Part shown: piece by piece, positions 60,761-64,000 of the stretch
Position numbering within the stretch: position 1 is the stretch's first letter
How the letters are laid out: every line of letters begins with the position of its first letter
Source: Leucoraja ocellata
Taxonomy: Eukaryota
Length of the DNA: 64,000 nt
NCBI GenBank assembly: GCA_036785375.1
Contig: JAWMAR010000063.1
Coordinates: 7,068,001-7,132,000 of the forward strand
Direction: 5' to 3'
Made by a program: the position numbers and the translations under genes
The notes under the pieces: model-generated
The model's input: the letters and a program-made list of their open reading frames with translations, nothing else
The model's database searches: none
What the model was told of the DNA's origin: nothing

Positions 60761-61514
60761 GGTCATGTTGTGACTGTGAAATGAATCGCTGGGGACATTG
60801 GAGATATAAAGGTTGTTATTCATTACAACAAACAGACATTCTCTTGGAGACTCTCTCAATAAAATAGTACAGTATTGTTTTATACATTTTTAAACAGAAA
60901 GACAACAATAAATGATTCACCATGGTTTCAATTGATCTGCTTACCTTTTTAACTTTAACACTCTGAGTGTATGCTGGTAACTTGGCAGAACTACACATTT
61001 TGTTACAGAAACACATCCCAATTGGCAGAAGCCCTTTGAATGTAATACTCACCCCACACGTTCTGAGCACATAACACAGACTCCCAAAATATGCCTCTTT
61101 TGTTATAGCATTGAGGGATGGCTCCCTGAATAGCCAGATTAGCCAGAATATTAAATGACAAAACTGACATGTGCTAAACGGTACATTAAGTGGTAGGGAT
61201 ATGTCTTTAATGATGTTTTAATACAGGAGATGGTCACCGATTGCCTTCCCCGATCTCATTGTGAAGGGTTTGATGTGGGGCGATTAACATGGGCATTCAA
61301 GTATTATCTTCCCCATCATAGTTGCAGAGATACAAACTCAGATGTCCCACACATAATAACTGGATCCATGGCTTTTAAGCATATTTCCACAACTCCTTAA
61401 TAATCTCTAACAAGCCAAACCCAGTCAAAAAGATCTAGCTCAGGCAAGTAACTTTGTCAGCATGGAAGAGTTGGGGCCAAACATTTCCATGCTGTATATC
61501 TCTGTGACTCTTTA

Positions 61515-61761
61515 TGCCCCTTATCCCACTTAGGAAACCTGAACGGAAACCTCTGGAGACTTTGTGCCCCACCCAAGGTTTCTGTGGGGTTCCCAGAGGT
61601 TCCCGGAGGTTCCCGGAGGTTTTTGTCAGTCTCCCTACCTGCTTCCACTACCTGCAACCTCCGGCAACCACCTGCAACCTCCGGGAACCGCACGGAAACC
61701 TTGGGTGGGGCGCAAAGTCTTCAGAGGTTTCCGTTCAGGTTTCCTAATTGGGGCAGGGGCA
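61515..61761. mobile_element. PIF/Harbinger-like MITE, second copy of the 54224 family
   Basis: Same TIRs and interior, one extra 10-bp ggttcccgga-type unit; inserted at the tail of a CR1 3' stub (61459-61512). Confidence 0.92.
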
Positions 61762-61871
61762 TTGCAATCTGACTACAGCATTGTAGAATAAGACACCAAT
61801 TAAGTTAGGTGGAAGGTAAAGAATGTGATAATAGCAGTGGGCACTATGTTTAAAGGAATTGATATGAGACA

Positions 61872-62165
61872 CAGAGTCATACTGTGTGGAACTTTGGCCT
61901 AACCTGCCCCCACCAACCAAAATGCCTCATCCACATTAGTCCCACCTGCTTGCGTTTCGCCAATATCCCTCTAAACCTGACCATGTAAGTGTGCAAATGT
62001 TTCTTAAATGTTGCGATAGTACCTGCCTCAACTACCTCCTCCAGTAGCGCGCTCCATACACCCACCATCTTTTGTGTAAAAAAGTTACCCCTCGGGTTCC
62101 TATTAAATCTTCCCCCCCCCCCCCCCCCCCCCTCATCTTAAACCTATGTCCTCTGGTTCCCAATT
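61872..62165 (-). mobile_element. CR1 3' end
   Basis: cagagtcatactgtgtggaa...acctgcctcaactacctcc...aagttacccctcgggttcctattaaatct; ORF VGVWSALLEEVVEAGTIATFKKHL. Confidence 0.88.
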
Positions 62166-64000
62166 GGGTATCTTAAAACCAGATTAACACGGCGATTGCA
62201 TGATGGAAACAACTGTAATCCATAGCAGCCACAGCAGTGAGTGTCTGCAGCTTAAGGAGCTTAGGTACAAGTTCATAATGTGCATTGCCTGCCAGGGTTA
62301 AGAACCATTCATTGGGATGGAGAGGAACGTGGAGCAGGAGGGGAAAGATCTATTTGTTGTAGCCACAAAGGAAGCAATGTAGGTAGGATTAAGAAGGGGA
62401 TTCTGCTGAAGCCGAATGAGCATCAAGGATGCAAATTACGAAGTAGAACCAAAAGGGTAATAATATCCTTATTATCACCTGAGCCACATGAAAACGAAAA
62501 TGTAAATAATTCAGGAGCTTGAGTGCATTGCTCAGAGATTAATGTGGGAGAAATGTGCTCCAATTCAAGGGACATAGAAACCAGTGCTAGGGAAGGAAGG
62601 AGCTGTTCCGTTGAGATGGGATTCACTTGAATTGGGCTGGAATCAGTGCCCAGGCAAGTTTCATCTTCATCCTGATTGCAAGAATTAAGTTGGCAGTGAT
62701 TGTCTTGAGGTTGAGTGCATACAATGTGTTCAGGAATTCACCCTTTAAGGAGAATGTTGTTTAACCAAGTAAAAGAAGTTTGAGAATAGAGCAACATTGG
62801 TTCAAGATCGGTGTCTTTAGCTTAAATTAAGGCGTTTACAAACCCAGTCAAAAAGATCTAGCTCAGGTAAGTAACTTTGTCAGCATGGAAGAGTTGGGGC
62901 CAAGAACTTGGGTTAAATAAAGGTTAGATTAGAGAGGTCTGATGATAGATGCACAAATGGAGATAACTGTGTAATTAGTGAAATTAAAGGATGCCTTTTT
63001 ATTGTTTTCAACAAAGATATACATCATTGAGAAATATAGGATTTATATATATATTTATATACATTCTCCACATTTCGGATGATCCTTTTATGGTACCAAA
63101 TACTCCACTTTGGCAGGTGGAATAAGGAAGCAGAATATTTCTTATTGTATTTGACTAGGTTCTAAAGTTAGGAGAAGAAGCAAAAAATTGTGGTACTGAA
63201 GGCAGCTCAACATTGGCTCACTGTCAGGTGAAAACTGTATTCCGGATGATTTGGTGTAGCACCAACATAGTAAAAATTGAAATTAAAATGAAAAATAAAC
63301 CATTTCTGTCATCTTCTTCCATTCCAATCAGTCCTCCTCTCATTCTATCTTGCTACACTGCAGTCATAACTCATCATAAAATTCTGGATCACAGAACTAC
63401 AAGGATGTCACTGCCTCAAAGTAGAAAGATAGGTCTGATACAGAAAGATACACACAGCATGCATGCTGAACTGCTGGCAGACTAGATATTACTCTGCTGG
63501 GACTTCCCCATGTCATTCATTCATCTTTTTCATTGACATCCATTATCATTCCAGCCAAGCATGTACTGTAGTACAGGTCCTGCTTTCTTACTGCATTAAC
63601 TCCCCCTTCAGCCTTTCATATTTACAGAGTGATAATAGATTTTTGATCATCGATTAAAATGTTTTTGCATGACCATAGACTAAACGACTTTATCCAATTC
63701 ATTCCAAATTTCATTGGAGTCTCAGCTTTGTGTTTTGGAGAAGGGATAGTCTTTAGCACAATCTGCCACCGAAGTCTACATAGGTATATAATTTTGGAGT
63801 ACAGTGGTCCTGAATTTTAAATTCCAACAGAGGTATCGCGGATGAGTTTTTATAAAAAGCTGGGTATCCCTTGATCAGCTCCAGATGCCAATCCTCTTCA
63901 CTAGACCAGACAGCGGGCCATTAAGAGGTTCATCTCTCTCTGACTGTCTCCAGTTTATTCAATGTAACACCCCAACATGTATGTCTCTGGGGGAGATGCA

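Larger units (their letters stand above)
61416..62903 (+). repeat. ~65-bp dispersed direct repeat (61416-61480 and 62839-62903)
   Basis: caaacccagtcaaaaagatctagctcagg(c/t)aagtaactttgtcagcatggaagagttggggccaa, near-identical. Confidence 0.9.

Overview
Eukaryotic, AT-rich, repeat-dense vertebrate genomic DNA. The repeat complement (HE1-type tRNA SINEs, HER1/CR1 LINEs with a (TTTCTATG)n tail, Deu-domain SINE relics) points to a cartilaginous fish, probably a skate or ray. I find no intact multi-exon gene. The one recognisable host gene is an intronless, GC/CpG-rich FAM187B-like Ig-domain sequence (26243-27469, +), disabled by a premature stop and two frameshifts. The rest is intron- or intergenic-like. 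It holds CR1, RTE-X, Rex1, Tx1 and Penelope-like (PLE) retroelement fragments, a solo Gypsy-type LTR, PIF/Harbinger-like MITEs, a TIR-only palindrome with an 8-bp TSD, and TE-free homeobox-motif-rich blocks. The most notable hidden feature is a dispersed ~100-190 bp repeat (about 20 copies) carrying a minimal hammerhead-ribozyme core (CUGAAGA-A-stem II-GAAA-CGUC). It is physically linked to PLE GIY-YIG sequence and often occurs as fold-back inverted pairs. All family names come from recalled motifs, not database searches. Boundaries of old repeats are approximate.
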